DNA of 64,000 bases from an uncultured delta proteobacterium (GTDB taxonomy: Bacteria; Myxococcota_A; Polyangia; Polyangiales; Polyangiaceae), in the NCBI GenBank assembly GCA_963841435.1, contig CAWJCS010000002.1, positions 320,001 to 384,000 on the forward strand. Reading direction: 5' to 3'. Numbering within the stretch: the stretch's first letter is position 1; each line of letters opens with the position of its first letter. The position numbers and the translations under genes were made by a program. The notes under the pieces are model-generated. The model saw only the letters and a program-made list of their open reading frames with translations. It was not told the origin of the DNA and did no database searches. Shown here piece after piece: positions 8,809-19,037 of this stretch.

Positions 8809-10773
8809 ATGCCCCCCCGACTTTTCTTCCTTCCCTCGTTCATTCGTGCGCTGAGCATCCCGGCGGGTGCTCTGGTCGCCTTGGCTCTGACTCCTGCCTG
8901 CGACAGCGCGCAGTCCGATTCCGACGACGGCGGCTCCGCGCCCGTGAGTGGCGCGGGTGGCGCTGGCGCGGGAGCGAGCGGTGGCGCCGGCGGGACTTCC
9001 GGTACCGGTGCTGGAACCGGTGCCAGCTCGGGAACGGGAGGCGCCAATCCGAGCGGCGGCTCCGGCGCCGGCGCCCCACCGACTGGTGGGAGCGCGGGCA
9101 TTGGTACGGGCGGCGTGGGCGGTGTCGGTTCGGGCGGAACGGCCGGCGATGCGGGCTCTTCGAGCGGCGGCGTACCGCCGATGGCCATGTGCCTGGGGAG
9201 CTTCGAGAGCGTTGCCGTGAACGGCATGCAGAACACCGTGACGGTCGACAGCCAGACTATGAAGGGCGACCTGCCGCACTTCTGGGACACGTTCGGCACG
9301 GGGCACCTCGGCCTGTTCTTGCGTGACGACCGCGGCTGGGGGCAGACCCTGAAAGATCACGTCGTGGACGGCGTCAAGAACCTCGGCTTGCGGAGCCTCC
9401 GGGAGCACGGGCTTTTCCACGACGACATCGGCATCTATCACGAAGAGAACGGCAACCCCGTCTACGACTTCACGAAGTCGGATCAGATCTTCGACTTCTT
9501 GGTGGAGCAGGGTGTGGAGCCCATCGTCGAGCTCGCTCCGATGCCGCACGACCTCGCGGCGGATCCGAACAGGACCGTGTTCGACTGGAACATGATCGTC
9601 TCGCCGCCCAAGGACTTCGCGCGTTGGCAGGAGCTCGTCTACCAGTTCGTGCAACACAGCATCGACCGCTACGGCGTGGACGTGGTCGATAGCTGGTATT
9701 TCGAGGTCTGGAACGAGCCCGAGTGTTGCCAGGGCAAGTTCTGGTCCGGAACCATCGATCAGTACTTCGAACTCTACGATCACACGGCGGCCGGTGTGCG
9801 GCGCGCGCTGCCGGCGGGTCGCGTCGGCGGTCCCGTCAACAGCCAGCCCGTCGAGCTGACGGCGAACTCGATGCTCGGCCAGCGCTTCCTCGACCACGTC
9901 ACCACGACCAACTACATCACCCCCGGCCAGCCCGGCATCCTCGACTTCTTCTCGTACCACAGCTGGAGCTTCATCGACGGCTCGGTGAACGGCTACTTCC
10001 AGGGGCTCGATCTGCTCGACAGCTACGACAAGCAGAACGTCAGCATCGCGATCACGGAGTTTGGCCCCACCTACGAGTTCGGCCTCACCGACGAGCCGCA
10101 GGAGATGGACCAGGGCGCGGCCTTCGCCGTGCAGACCTATTCGGACATCGTTCAGCGTTGCACGAAGGACAACCGGCGCCTGCCCATCGCCTACTCGTGG
10201 TGGATCCTTTCGGACATCTTCGAGGAGGGGATGTATCGCGAGAATGACCCATTCATCGGCTGCATGGGTCTCACGAGCCGCGAGAACATCCACAAGCCGG
10301 TCTACAACGCGTACAAGTTCCTCGCGCAGCTCGGCACCCAGCAGGTCGCGTTCACCCTCAGCGGCGCCGCGGGCATCGGCGGGATGGCCGCGCGTAGCGC
10401 CGATGGCGGCGTCCAGCTCATCATCTACAACGGGCAGAGCCCGGGCCGAGGCCCCACCGACGACAGGTATTACACCGTGGCCGACGCGCAGTCGTTCGGC
10501 GTCACGGTATCGGGCCTCGATCCGGCGTTCCCGTACGACGTCACCGCGTACCGAGTCGATCACACCGTTGGCAACGCCTACGCCGCCTGGCAGGGCCTCG
10601 GCCGCCCCAACATGACCGCGATGACCGACGCGAACTGGCAAGCCCTGCGCGACGCGATGGATTCCCCCGCGGAGCCCGTCGCGCGCTCGCTGTGTGGAAC
10701 GACGTTCACGTATTCGTCCCAGCTTCAGTCACCTGGCGTGCTGTTCGTCAAGCTCGCGCCCGCAGCGCCCTGA
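8809..10773 (+). CDS. GH39 beta-xylosidase-like lipoprotein with Gly-rich linker
   Basis: GAGGAG RBS before ATG 8809; TPAC lipobox; HGLFHDD, PIVELAPMP, WYFEVWNEP, ITEF, WILSDIFEE, KPVYNAY. Confidence 0.92.
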   Translation: MPPRLFFLPSFIRALSIPAGALVALALTPACDSAQSDSDDGGSAPVSGAGGAGAGASGGAGGTSGTGAGTGASSGTGGANPSGGSGAGAPPTGGSAGIGTGGVGGVGSGGTAGDAGSSSGGVPPMAMCLGSFESVAVNGMQNTVTVDSQTMKGDLPHFWDTFGTGHLGLFLRDDRGWGQTLKDHVVDGVKNLGLRSLREHGLFHDDIGIYHEENGNPVYDFTKSDQIFDFLVEQGVEPIVELAPMPHDLAADPNRTVFDWNMIVSPPKDFARWQELVYQFVQHSIDRYGVDVVDSWYFEVWNEPECCQGKFWSGTIDQYFELYDHTAAGVRRALPAGRVGGPVNSQPVELTANSMLGQRFLDHVTTTNYITPGQPGILDFFSYHSWSFIDGSVNGYFQGLDLLDSYDKQNVSIAITEFGPTYEFGLTDEPQEMDQGAAFAVQTYSDIVQRCTKDNRRLPIAYSWWILSDIFEEGMYRENDPFIGCMGLTSRENIHKPVYNAYKFLAQLGTQQVAFTLSGAAGIGGMAARSADGGVQLIIYNGQSPGRGPTDDRYYTVADAQSFGVTVSGLDPAFPYDVTAYRVDHTVGNAYAAWQGLGRPNMTAMTDANWQALRDAMDSPAEPVARSLCGTTFTYSSQLQSPGVLFVKLAPAAP

Positions 10774-10893
10774 GGGCCGCGTCGGCGAGCCGTACCGACC
10801 GAAGGACGAGCGGCCTATTTTCAATACGCTTGCGCGTTCGACACCTCGGAATGGGCGCCAGTTTCGTCCAGGGCATCGTTCCCACGGTGTGGT

Positions 10894-10923
10894 GTGATGA
10901 GCTCGGCGAATCGCGGGAATAAC
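10894..10923 (+). promoter_or_regulatory. Conserved upstream element GTGATGAG-N11-GCGGGAATAAC, copy 1
   Basis: 24/30 identical to 18994-19023; both copies lie just upstream of lipoprotein CAZyme starts. Confidence 0.6.
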
Positions 10924-10928
10924 GAACG

Positions 10929-12722
10929 ATGCACGTCTCCTTGCTGAACAGGGCCCTCCTCTCGACCGCTTGCATCGGCCTCGGGCTTTCCTTGGCTGCG
11001 TGCAGCTCGTCCCAAACCGGTGACGACTCACCCGCGGGACAGGGCGGTTCTGGCGGCACCGGTGCTGGAGCCACCGGTGGCGGCGCGGGTGTTGGTGCGG
11101 GCGGCACCGCCGGCGTGGTCCAGAGCGGGGGCACGAGCGGAACCGCGGCGGGTGGAACCGGCGGTGGCGCCGGTAGCGGTGCCTCGGGCGGCAACGCGGG
11201 CCTCGGCGCTGGCGGTGCGCAGGGCGGCAGCGCGGGCAGCGCGGCGGTGGGTGGCACGGGCGGCTCCGACGGCGGAGCCGGCGCGATGGCCGGCTCGGGC
11301 GGGGTGGGCGGCGAAGGCGCGACGGCCGGCGCCGGCGCCATGGCGGGCACGGGCGCCGGAGGCAGCGGCGGCTCCGCGGGCGCTCCTCCGATCGACGAGC
11401 CCGAGCTCGTCACCTCGGCGCAAGGCAACTACTGGAAGGAGGGAACGCTCACGGAGGTGCAGAGCGGCAACGCCAACGTCACCGTGAACGACGCCACCGC
11501 CTACCAGACGTGGGACGGCTTCGGCGGCACGTTCAACGAGGTCGGGTGGGACGTGCTTTCTCTGCTCACCGCCGCCGACCGCGACAAGGCGATGAACCTG
11601 CTCTTCGGCCTCGACGGCGCGCGCTTCGCCTTCGGCCGCGTGCCGATCGGCGCGAGCGACTATGCCCTCACCCGCTACACGCTCGACGAGACCGCCAACG
11701 ACTACACGATGGCGTCGTTCTCGATCGACCACGACAAGCAGGGCCTGATTCCGTACATCCAGGCGGCGCTCGCGATCAAGCCCGACATTCGCCTGTGGGC
11801 GAGCCCGTGGACCCCCCCCACGTGGATGAAGGACAACAACGCCTTCGATGGCGGCAACATGGTGGACAACGCCATGAACCTGCAGGCGCACGCCCTCTAC
11901 CTTGCGAAGTTCGTCGAGGAGTACGCAGCGGTTGGCATCGAGATCGAGGCGATCCACCCGCAGAACGAGCCCGGCTACGAAACACGTTACCCGAGCTGCC
12001 TGTGGACCGCCGCGCTCATGACCAAGTTCATCCGCGACTACCTCGGTCCCACGTTCAGGGACCGCAGCGTTCCGGCGCAGATCTTCCTCGGGACCATGTC
12101 CAACGCGGACGCCGGCAAGGACGGCACGATCATCAGCACCGTGACGGCCGACTCCGCCGCGATGGCGTTCGTGAAAGGCTTTGGCCTGCAGTGGAACATG
12201 ATCAGCAGCGTGTCAGGACTGAAGTCCCGGAATCTTCCCATCGTGCAATCCGAGCACAAGTGCGGCAACTACCCGTGGGAAACGGCGACGTTCAACGCGA
12301 GCACTGCCCCCAACGACTACGCCTACGGCGTCGAGAGCTGGGGGCTCATCCGCGACTGGCTCAACGCGGGCGTCACCTCCTACAGCGCCTGGAACATGGT
12401 GCTCGACAAGGACGGCAAGAACTCGGACATGACGCGCCCGTGGCCGCAAAACGCGCTACTCATCGTCGATAAGGCCGCGAAGACGCTGACGGTGACGCCG
12501 GCGTATTACGTCTTCCGGCACGTCTCGGAGTTCGCCGACGCTGGCGCCAAGCGCATCGCCACCACGGGCGGCGACGCGCTCGCCTTCAAGAACGCCGACG
12601 GCTCGCTCGTCGCGGTGCTCTACAACTCCGGCGCAGCGAAGCCGGTCATCGTGTCGATCGGCGGCAAGAAGGTGCAGTTCGACATGCCGAGCAACGGCTT
12701 TGCCACCGTCAACGTGAAGTAA
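10929..12722 (+). CDS. GH30 glycoside hydrolase lipoprotein with Gly-rich linker (paralog of 3443-5197)
   Basis: LAAC lipobox; GFGGTFNEVGW, RVPIGASDY, WASPWTPP, QNEPGY, QSEHKCGNY, WNMVLD. Confidence 0.92.
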   Translation: MHVSLLNRALLSTACIGLGLSLAACSSSQTGDDSPAGQGGSGGTGAGATGGGAGVGAGGTAGVVQSGGTSGTAAGGTGGGAGSGASGGNAGLGAGGAQGGSAGSAAVGGTGGSDGGAGAMAGSGGVGGEGATAGAGAMAGTGAGGSGGSAGAPPIDEPELVTSAQGNYWKEGTLTEVQSGNANVTVNDATAYQTWDGFGGTFNEVGWDVLSLLTAADRDKAMNLLFGLDGARFAFGRVPIGASDYALTRYTLDETANDYTMASFSIDHDKQGLIPYIQAALAIKPDIRLWASPWTPPTWMKDNNAFDGGNMVDNAMNLQAHALYLAKFVEEYAAVGIEIEAIHPQNEPGYETRYPSCLWTAALMTKFIRDYLGPTFRDRSVPAQIFLGTMSNADAGKDGTIISTVTADSAAMAFVKGFGLQWNMISSVSGLKSRNLPIVQSEHKCGNYPWETATFNASTAPNDYAYGVESWGLIRDWLNAGVTSYSAWNMVLDKDGKNSDMTRPWPQNALLIVDKAAKTLTVTPAYYVFRHVSEFADAGAKRIATTGGDALAFKNADGSLVAVLYNSGAAKPVIVSIGGKKVQFDMPSNGFATVNVK

Positions 12723-12931
12723 ACGACGAAGCCCGGGAGCCGGCTCGAGCACCGGACTGTGCGCTGGCGCCGGCTGCGAGGACCTCCAGGCTGCGCGCAC
12801 GAGTCCGGCGCGGTCGATGCGGCAAGCCTCCAAGATTCCAGTGAGGGGTGCGCGAAACCGTGACGGCCGTCGTGCCGGTATGGATACGGTACTCTTGGAG
12901 AGCGCGGGCAAAGCGGCCTCGCGGAAAGACG

Positions 12932-14674
12932 ATGACCGAAGGGCTCCTTTCGACGACCGGCGTGGTGCTCGCCACCTTGGTCCTCGCCTGCAGCGAGGGC
13001 TCGTCGAGCTCCATTTCGTCCACGGGAGGGGCCGGAACGTTTGCGAGCGGCGCAGGACCCACGGCGGGGGGGGCGAGCGGCAGCGGTGCTGGTGCTCTAC
13101 CGGGTGGCGCGGGCGGCGCTCTTTCGGGCGCGTCCGGCGGCGCTGGAGTGGCTGCCGGCACGGGGGCGACGAGCGGCGATGGCGCGATGGGCGGCGTGGG
13201 GGGAGCCCTCGCCGGGAGCGGCGGCGATCAGGGTGGCGCGGGGCAGGGCGGCGCCGCCGCGGGGAACGGCGGCGGCGGTGCAGCCGGCGCGTCGGGAGCC
13301 GCAGGGACGGGCGGAGCACGTCCGACCGTCACCGCAGAGCCGGGGACGACGCTCGTCAAGGTGGACACCTCCCTTCGTCACCAGACCTTCGAGGGCTGGG
13401 GCACGAGCCTTTGCTGGTGGGCGAACCACGTGGGCGGCTGGAGCGCGACCGCACGCAATGCCGTCGTGGACTCGCTCGTCGATCCCGTCGCAGGCCTCGG
13501 CTACAACGTCTTTCGCTACAACATCGGCGGCGGCGAGAACCCGGCGCACGACCACATGGGGCAGTACAGGGACATGCCCGGGTTCGAGCCGTCGGCGGGG
13601 ACCTGGAACTTCGACGCCGACGCGAATCAGCGCGCCATCTTGCTCGGCATCGTCGAGCGCGGCAGCGACTTGATCCTCGAGGCGTTCTCCAACTCGCCCC
13701 CTTACTGGATGACGAAGAGCGGCTGCGCCTCCGGAAACACCGACGGCTCGAACAACCTGAAGGACGATGCCTACGACGATTTTGCCGACTACCTGACCGA
13801 GGTCGTCAAGCACTACCGAGACACGTTCGGCATCACGTTCCGCACGCTCGAGCCGCTCAACGAGCCCAATGCCAGCTGGTGGACGGCCAACGGGGGCCAG
13901 GAGGGCTGCCATTTCTCCCCGTCGAACCAGCAGGCGATCATCGAGGCGGTCGCCCAGAGCCTGGCGGCGAAAGGGCTCGACGAGACCAGTGTGAGCGCGT
14001 CCGACGAGAACAGCATCGACGACGCCTACAACAACATGCGCGGTTTCGACGCGACGACCCTCGCCGCGATGACGCAGATGAACACGCATTCCTACTCTGG
14101 TAGCCGGCGCAGCGACCTCCGCACGCTCGCCACGAGTAAGGGAATGCGTCTCTGGCAGTCGGAGTCGGGGCCGCTCAACCAGACGCTGGCCGACGACACG
14201 GAGGCGGCCGTGTTCATGGCGGGGCGCATCATCAGCGATCTCCGGGAGCTCGAGGCCGATGCCTGGGTTGACTGGCAATCGGGCGATCCCAGCCGGAACT
14301 GGGCGAGCTTCTCGCTGAACGACAATCAGCAATCGCTAAGCCCGCTCAAGCGCTTCTACATGCACGCTGGGTTCAGTCGCTACATCCGGCCTGGGGCCGT
14401 CTTCGTTAACGTGAACGACGCCAACATGGTGGCTGCCGTGAGCCCCGATGGCCACTCCCTCGCCGTCGTGGTGCGAAACGGCGATACCTCGGCGAGCCAC
14501 GGCTACACGTTCGATCTCACGGCCCTTCCCAGCGTGGGCGGGATCGCCGAGGCGTTCCGTACGTCACGCAGCGAGAATCTGGCAGCGCTGGAGGCCGTTC
14601 CGATCGAGGGCTACAGCTTCGTGGTGACCGTCCCCGCGTCTTCGATCACCACGTTCATCCTAGCGATGCCGTGA
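12932..14674 (+). CDS. GH30 lipoprotein, endo-beta-1,6-galactanase-like (GH30_4/5 branch), with Gly-rich linker; start uncertain (12848 possible)
   Basis: VLAC lipobox; FEGWGTSLCWWA, FRYNIGGG, EAFSNSPPYWMT, EPLNEP, QEGCHF, NTHSY, LWQSE. Confidence 0.85.
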   Translation: MTEGLLSTTGVVLATLVLACSEGSSSSISSTGGAGTFASGAGPTAGGASGSGAGALPGGAGGALSGASGGAGVAAGTGATSGDGAMGGVGGALAGSGGDQGGAGQGGAAAGNGGGGAAGASGAAGTGGARPTVTAEPGTTLVKVDTSLRHQTFEGWGTSLCWWANHVGGWSATARNAVVDSLVDPVAGLGYNVFRYNIGGGENPAHDHMGQYRDMPGFEPSAGTWNFDADANQRAILLGIVERGSDLILEAFSNSPPYWMTKSGCASGNTDGSNNLKDDAYDDFADYLTEVVKHYRDTFGITFRTLEPLNEPNASWWTANGGQEGCHFSPSNQQAIIEAVAQSLAAKGLDETSVSASDENSIDDAYNNMRGFDATTLAAMTQMNTHSYSGSRRSDLRTLATSKGMRLWQSESGPLNQTLADDTEAAVFMAGRIISDLRELEADAWVDWQSGDPSRNWASFSLNDNQQSLSPLKRFYMHAGFSRYIRPGAVFVNVNDANMVAAVSPDGHSLAVVVRNGDTSASHGYTFDLTALPSVGGIAEAFRTSRSENLAALEAVPIEGYSFVVTVPASSITTFILAMP

Positions 14675-14993
14675 CGGTGGTCTCGCGCCCGATTTGACAG
14701 CGAGCCGCCGCTCGGGCCCCTTTGGGTTCGGGGCCCTCGCTCGTCGTCGAGCCCTTCCCTGGGCCCTCGCCAGCAGACGGTCGTCGCCCATTTCGCACCT
14801 TTCGATTTGCCTTCGCGTCGCGGAGGGGCGGGTCGCTGGTCGCCCGCTCGGGGAGGCGCGCAGGCCGACGTCCGGCCCGTGAGGCTCGAACCTTTCAAAA
14901 TCGTGCGTTGGGTTTTGAGTTTTGACCACTTTGCAGGCCGGTTTTTCGCGGGTTTGGCCCGGGAGATCAAGCTAGGCTGCGCCGGGAATTGTC

Positions 14994-16772
14994 ATGACCA
15001 TGAAGCCAGCACGTCTCTCGCTCACCGGCATTGCAATTGTGCTGCTCGCCGCGGCCTGCTCGCTCGAGGGAGCCGACGGTCAGGGCGCCGGAGGCACGGG
15101 CGGCACGGGCGCCACGGGCGCCACGGGTAGCGGTGGCACGAGCGGCACCGGCGTGGGCGGCACGAGCGGCACGGGCGCGGGCACCGGGGGCGTGAGCGGC
15201 GTCGGCGGCGTGGGCGGCAGCGCGGGCACCACGGGCGGCATCGGCGCAGGTGGTGGCGCCGGCGTTACCGGCGGCGGCGCGGGCGTCTCCGGCGCGGGAG
15301 GCACCGCGGGCGACACGGGGCCCGGCGGTACCGCCGGCATCGACGGCGGCGCCGCGGGCATGAGCGGCGGCACGGCCGGCGTGGACCCGGGAGGCGCGAG
15401 CGGCACGGCCGGCTCCGGCGCGGGCAGCGCGGGCGCAAACGGCGGCACGGGCTCGACCGACGTGACGGTGCAGCTCGGCATGACCCATCAGACCATCGAC
15501 GGGTTTGGCATCAACAATACGTACGCGACCGAGAGCATGTCGGCCACGGTGGCGGACCACCTCTTCACGACGACCGGCACGGGTCTCGGCATGTCCATCC
15601 TGCGCATCGGCATGGGCTCGAATGGCGACTACGCGACCGCGAGCGTCTCGGGCGACACGCAGATGGCGAAGAGCCGCGGTGCCAAGATCATCGGCTCCAC
15701 GTGGAGCCCACCCGCCTCCTACAAGACCAACAACAGCGAGAATGACGGCGGGCACGTCAAGCCCGCCAACTACGAGCAGTGGGCGACGACCATCACGAAT
15801 TTCGCGAAGAACAACGGCCTTTACGCCATGTCGATCGGCAACGAGCCCGACTTTGCGTCGTGTGGCAGCGCGGAGCCGTGCAACGGCAACTATGCGACGA
15901 CCCTCTACACGGCCAACGAGCTCGTTGCCTTCATCAAGGTGGTAGGGCCGAAGCTCCAGGCGGCGGGCGTCAAGGTCATCGCGCCGGAAGCATCCGAGTG
16001 GATCCACAACTGGAGCAACGAGTCGGCGTGCTGTTCGGAAAACGGCAACAAGCAGAGCTCGGACCCGCTGAAGTGCGGGTTCCCGCCATCCAACGCCGCC
16101 TGCAACACTGGTGACGGCTACGACTACGGCCACTACCTCTACGCCGACAAGGCCGCCTGGGCGGCGCTCGATATCATGGGCGTGCACGAGTACGACACGC
16201 AGCATGCGGAGCCCTGGCCGGCCGACGTTCCGGAGAGGAAGCCTATCTGGCAGACCGAGATGTCCGGCGTGAAGTGGTGGCCGGAACAGGGGCCGAGCGC
16301 GACCATTCAGAACGGCGTTGCCGTCGCAGAATGGATCCACAGCGCGCTCACGGTCGGCGACGCGTCAGGCTGGCTCTACTGGTGGTACAAGGCCTACTAC
16401 ACGGACGACAACGAGGGCTTGCTGCTCAAGAACGGCAACGACACCAAGCGTCACTGGACGTTCGGCAACTACAGCAAGTTCGTGCGGCCGGGCTACGTGC
16501 GCGTGGACATCACGGGAGCCATTCCCACGGGCGTCCTGCTCTCTGCGTTCAAGGGCACCGACGGCACCGTCGTCGTCGTGGCCATCAACAAGGGGAGCGC
16601 GGCGGCCAGCGTGCCGATCACGATCGCCGGCGGAACGGCGCCGGCCATGATGACGCCGTGGGTCACTTCGGCGGCCGACAACCTCATCTCCAAGACGGCC
16701 GTCGCAGTGACCGGCGGCATCCTCACCGCTGATCTTCCCAGCATGACCGTCACGACGTTCGTCGGCAAATAG
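14994..16772 (+). CDS. GH30_8-like endo-xylanase lipoprotein with Gly-rich linker
   Basis: AAAC lipobox; QTIDGFG, GLGMSILRI, AKSRGAKI, WSPPA, YAMSIGNEPD, IAPE, IWQTE, YSKFVRPGYVRVD, VVVAIN. Confidence 0.87.
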   Translation: MTMKPARLSLTGIAIVLLAAACSLEGADGQGAGGTGGTGATGATGSGGTSGTGVGGTSGTGAGTGGVSGVGGVGGSAGTTGGIGAGGGAGVTGGGAGVSGAGGTAGDTGPGGTAGIDGGAAGMSGGTAGVDPGGASGTAGSGAGSAGANGGTGSTDVTVQLGMTHQTIDGFGINNTYATESMSATVADHLFTTTGTGLGMSILRIGMGSNGDYATASVSGDTQMAKSRGAKIIGSTWSPPASYKTNNSENDGGHVKPANYEQWATTITNFAKNNGLYAMSIGNEPDFASCGSAEPCNGNYATTLYTANELVAFIKVVGPKLQAAGVKVIAPEASEWIHNWSNESACCSENGNKQSSDPLKCGFPPSNAACNTGDGYDYGHYLYADKAAWAALDIMGVHEYDTQHAEPWPADVPERKPIWQTEMSGVKWWPEQGPSATIQNGVAVAEWIHSALTVGDASGWLYWWYKAYYTDDNEGLLLKNGNDTKRHWTFGNYSKFVRPGYVRVDITGAIPTGVLLSAFKGTDGTVVVVAINKGSAAASVPITIAGGTAPAMMTPWVTSAADNLISKTAVAVTGGILTADLPSMTVTTFVGK

Positions 16773-16863
16773 CATGGCGATGGCTGCTCCAAGGTACTGA
16801 TCACGACGGAGCACCGCTCCGGGCGTTCGTTCTTCGCTGGGAGTGAATCACTCGAATAGGCAC

Positions 16864-18729
16864 ATGACGATGACCATGAATTTCACACGCAGCTCACTCA
16901 CGGCAATCAGTCTTGCTCTCCTCATCGGGGCCTGCTCGAGCTCGGGCGACGACGGTGGTGGAACCGGCGGCAGTCCGCCTGGCACTGGCGGCGTCGGCGT
17001 TGGCGGTAGCGCCGGGCTTGCGAGCGGCGGCACGTCGGGCGCCTCGGCGGCAGCCGGCGGCGTTGGCGGTACGGCGGGTAGCGTCACCGGCGGAGCCGCG
17101 GGCAGCCTCGCGGGCGTTGGCGGCGGCGCGGGAACGCTGGCCGGCGGTGCAGCAGGAAGCGCCGGCCTGAGCGGCGGCGTGGGCGGAGCGGTCGGGGGTG
17201 CGAGCGGCGACGCCGGCACCGGTGGTGTCACCGGGGGTTCGGCGGGTGATGCGGGCTCGGCAGGAGTGTCCGGCACGGCCGGCGACGCAGGCAGCGCTGG
17301 CGCCGCTGGTGCGCCGGTCATGTTGCCTCCGCTCGTCACCTCGGCGTCCGGTGCTTACTGGAAGACGGACGGCATGCTCACGGAGTCGACCGCCAACGCC
17401 ACCGTCACGGTCAACGACACACAGGCAGCGCAGAAGTGGGACGGCTTCGGCGGCGCGTTCAACGAGCTCGGCTGGAGCTTCCTCAGCTCCGCCACGCTCC
17501 AGACTCAGGCCCTGACGTTGCTCTTCAGTGCCACCGACGGTGCGAACCTCGCGTGGGGACGCATCCCGATGGGCGCGAGCGACTACGCCATGAGTCGCTA
17601 CAGTTGTCTGGACCCCGCGGGAGCCGACCCCACGCCCGACGGCACCGAGTCGAATCGGCCTGCCGCGGGGGCGTTCACGCTCACCCGGGACGGCGAGAAG
17701 CTCATCCCGTACGTCAAGGCCGCACTGGCGATAAAGCCCGACATTCACTTCTGGGCGAGCCCCTGGACGCCCCCGGTGTCGATGAAGACCGGATACAAGA
17801 AGAACAGCGGCGCCGACAGCAGCCAGAACGCCAAGAAGCCGTCGTACTACGACGGCGGCAACATGAAGAGCGACACGGCGACGCTCACGGCGTACGCCGA
17901 CTACTTCACGAAGTTCGTTCAAGGCTACAAAGACCAGGGCATCAACATCGAGATCGTGTCCCCGCAAAACGAGCCGGGCTACGACCAGAACTACCCGTCA
18001 TGCTTGTGGGATGGTTCCACGTACGCGACCTTCATCGCTCAGTACCTTGGCCCGGCGATGCAGACCCTCGGCGTGAAGGTCATGCTCGGCACGCTGTCGA
18101 ATGACCAGACGGATTTCACCGTGGCCTCGACCGCGCTTGCCAACGCCACGGCGAAGGGCTTTCTGGCCGTCATCGGCGCGCAGTGGAACACGCTGAATCA
18201 GTCCAAGCTGGCCGCTCTCAACGCCAACCTCCCGGTTTGGGCTACCGAGCACAAGTGCGGCAACTACCCGTGGAATCCCTCCGGCTATCCAACCTACAAC
18301 AGCGCGCAGGCTCCCAACGACCAGGCCTATGCCGTGGAGAGCTGGGGTTACATCCGCGACGCGATCAAGACCGTCAAGGTAACGTCGTACAACGCCTGGA
18401 ACATGGTGCTGGACAAGAGCGGCTTGGGCATCGACACGACTCGCGATTGGAAACAGAACGCTCTCTTGGTGGCGAACGGCGGGACGGTGAGCCCGACTCC
18501 GTTCTACTACGTGTTCCGCCACCTCTCGCAGTACGTGACGCCGGGCGCCATGGTGGTCGGCACGAGCGGGGGCGACGCGCTCGCCTTCAAGAACCCAGAC
18601 GGCAGCCTCGTGGCCGTGATGTACAACAGCGGCGCGGCCAACAACGCCTACGTCGTCGCCATCGGCGGCAAGAAGTTCCAGTTCGCCATGCCGGGCTCCG
18701 GCTGGGCAACCGTGATGTACAAGCCGTAG
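16864..18729 (+). CDS. GH30 glycoside hydrolase lipoprotein with Gly-rich linker (third close paralog)
   Basis: IGAC lipobox; GFGGAFNELGW, RIPMGASDY, WASPWTPP, QNEPGY, ATEHKCGNY, WNMVLD. Confidence 0.92.
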   Translation: MTMTMNFTRSSLTAISLALLIGACSSSGDDGGGTGGSPPGTGGVGVGGSAGLASGGTSGASAAAGGVGGTAGSVTGGAAGSLAGVGGGAGTLAGGAAGSAGLSGGVGGAVGGASGDAGTGGVTGGSAGDAGSAGVSGTAGDAGSAGAAGAPVMLPPLVTSASGAYWKTDGMLTESTANATVTVNDTQAAQKWDGFGGAFNELGWSFLSSATLQTQALTLLFSATDGANLAWGRIPMGASDYAMSRYSCLDPAGADPTPDGTESNRPAAGAFTLTRDGEKLIPYVKAALAIKPDIHFWASPWTPPVSMKTGYKKNSGADSSQNAKKPSYYDGGNMKSDTATLTAYADYFTKFVQGYKDQGINIEIVSPQNEPGYDQNYPSCLWDGSTYATFIAQYLGPAMQTLGVKVMLGTLSNDQTDFTVASTALANATAKGFLAVIGAQWNTLNQSKLAALNANLPVWATEHKCGNYPWNPSGYPTYNSAQAPNDQAYAVESWGYIRDAIKTVKVTSYNAWNMVLDKSGLGIDTTRDWKQNALLVANGGTVSPTPFYYVFRHLSQYVTPGAMVVGTSGGDALAFKNPDGSLVAVMYNSGAANNAYVVAIGGKKFQFAMPGSGWATVMYKP

Positions 18730-18993
18730 TGGGTGAGGCCCGCAGGCTCGCGCCTCGCTAGCCTGCGCGCACTCCATCGCGCCCTCGTCGGACGAGGCGT
18801 CGCGCGCTGCCATCCCCGCTGCGCTCGTTCGCCGTCGGCGCTCGACGCAATCCTCTGCTTGCGAAAAAGGGTGAGCTCGCCGGTCGGCGCTCGTGACGTT
18901 GGCGAGTGGTCTCGCGCGGTTCGTCAACCGCGGCAATTTCCGAGTCGCTTACAGCGAGGTGGCGTGTTTGCTGATGTGCGCATTGCCGGGTGG

Positions 18994-19023
18994 GTGATGA
19001 GTCGGGAGATTTGCGGGAATAAC
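18994..19023 (+). promoter_or_regulatory. Conserved upstream element GTGATGAG-N11-GCGGGAATAAC, copy 2
   Basis: 24/30 identical to 10894-10923. Confidence 0.6.
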
Positions 19024-19037
19024 CCATCGGGATAGCG

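Noticed and set aside
14700-14780. GC hairpins after the GH30 galactanase-like gene as an intrinsic terminator
   Set aside because: No U-tract follows, and such hairpins arise readily by chance at this GC content
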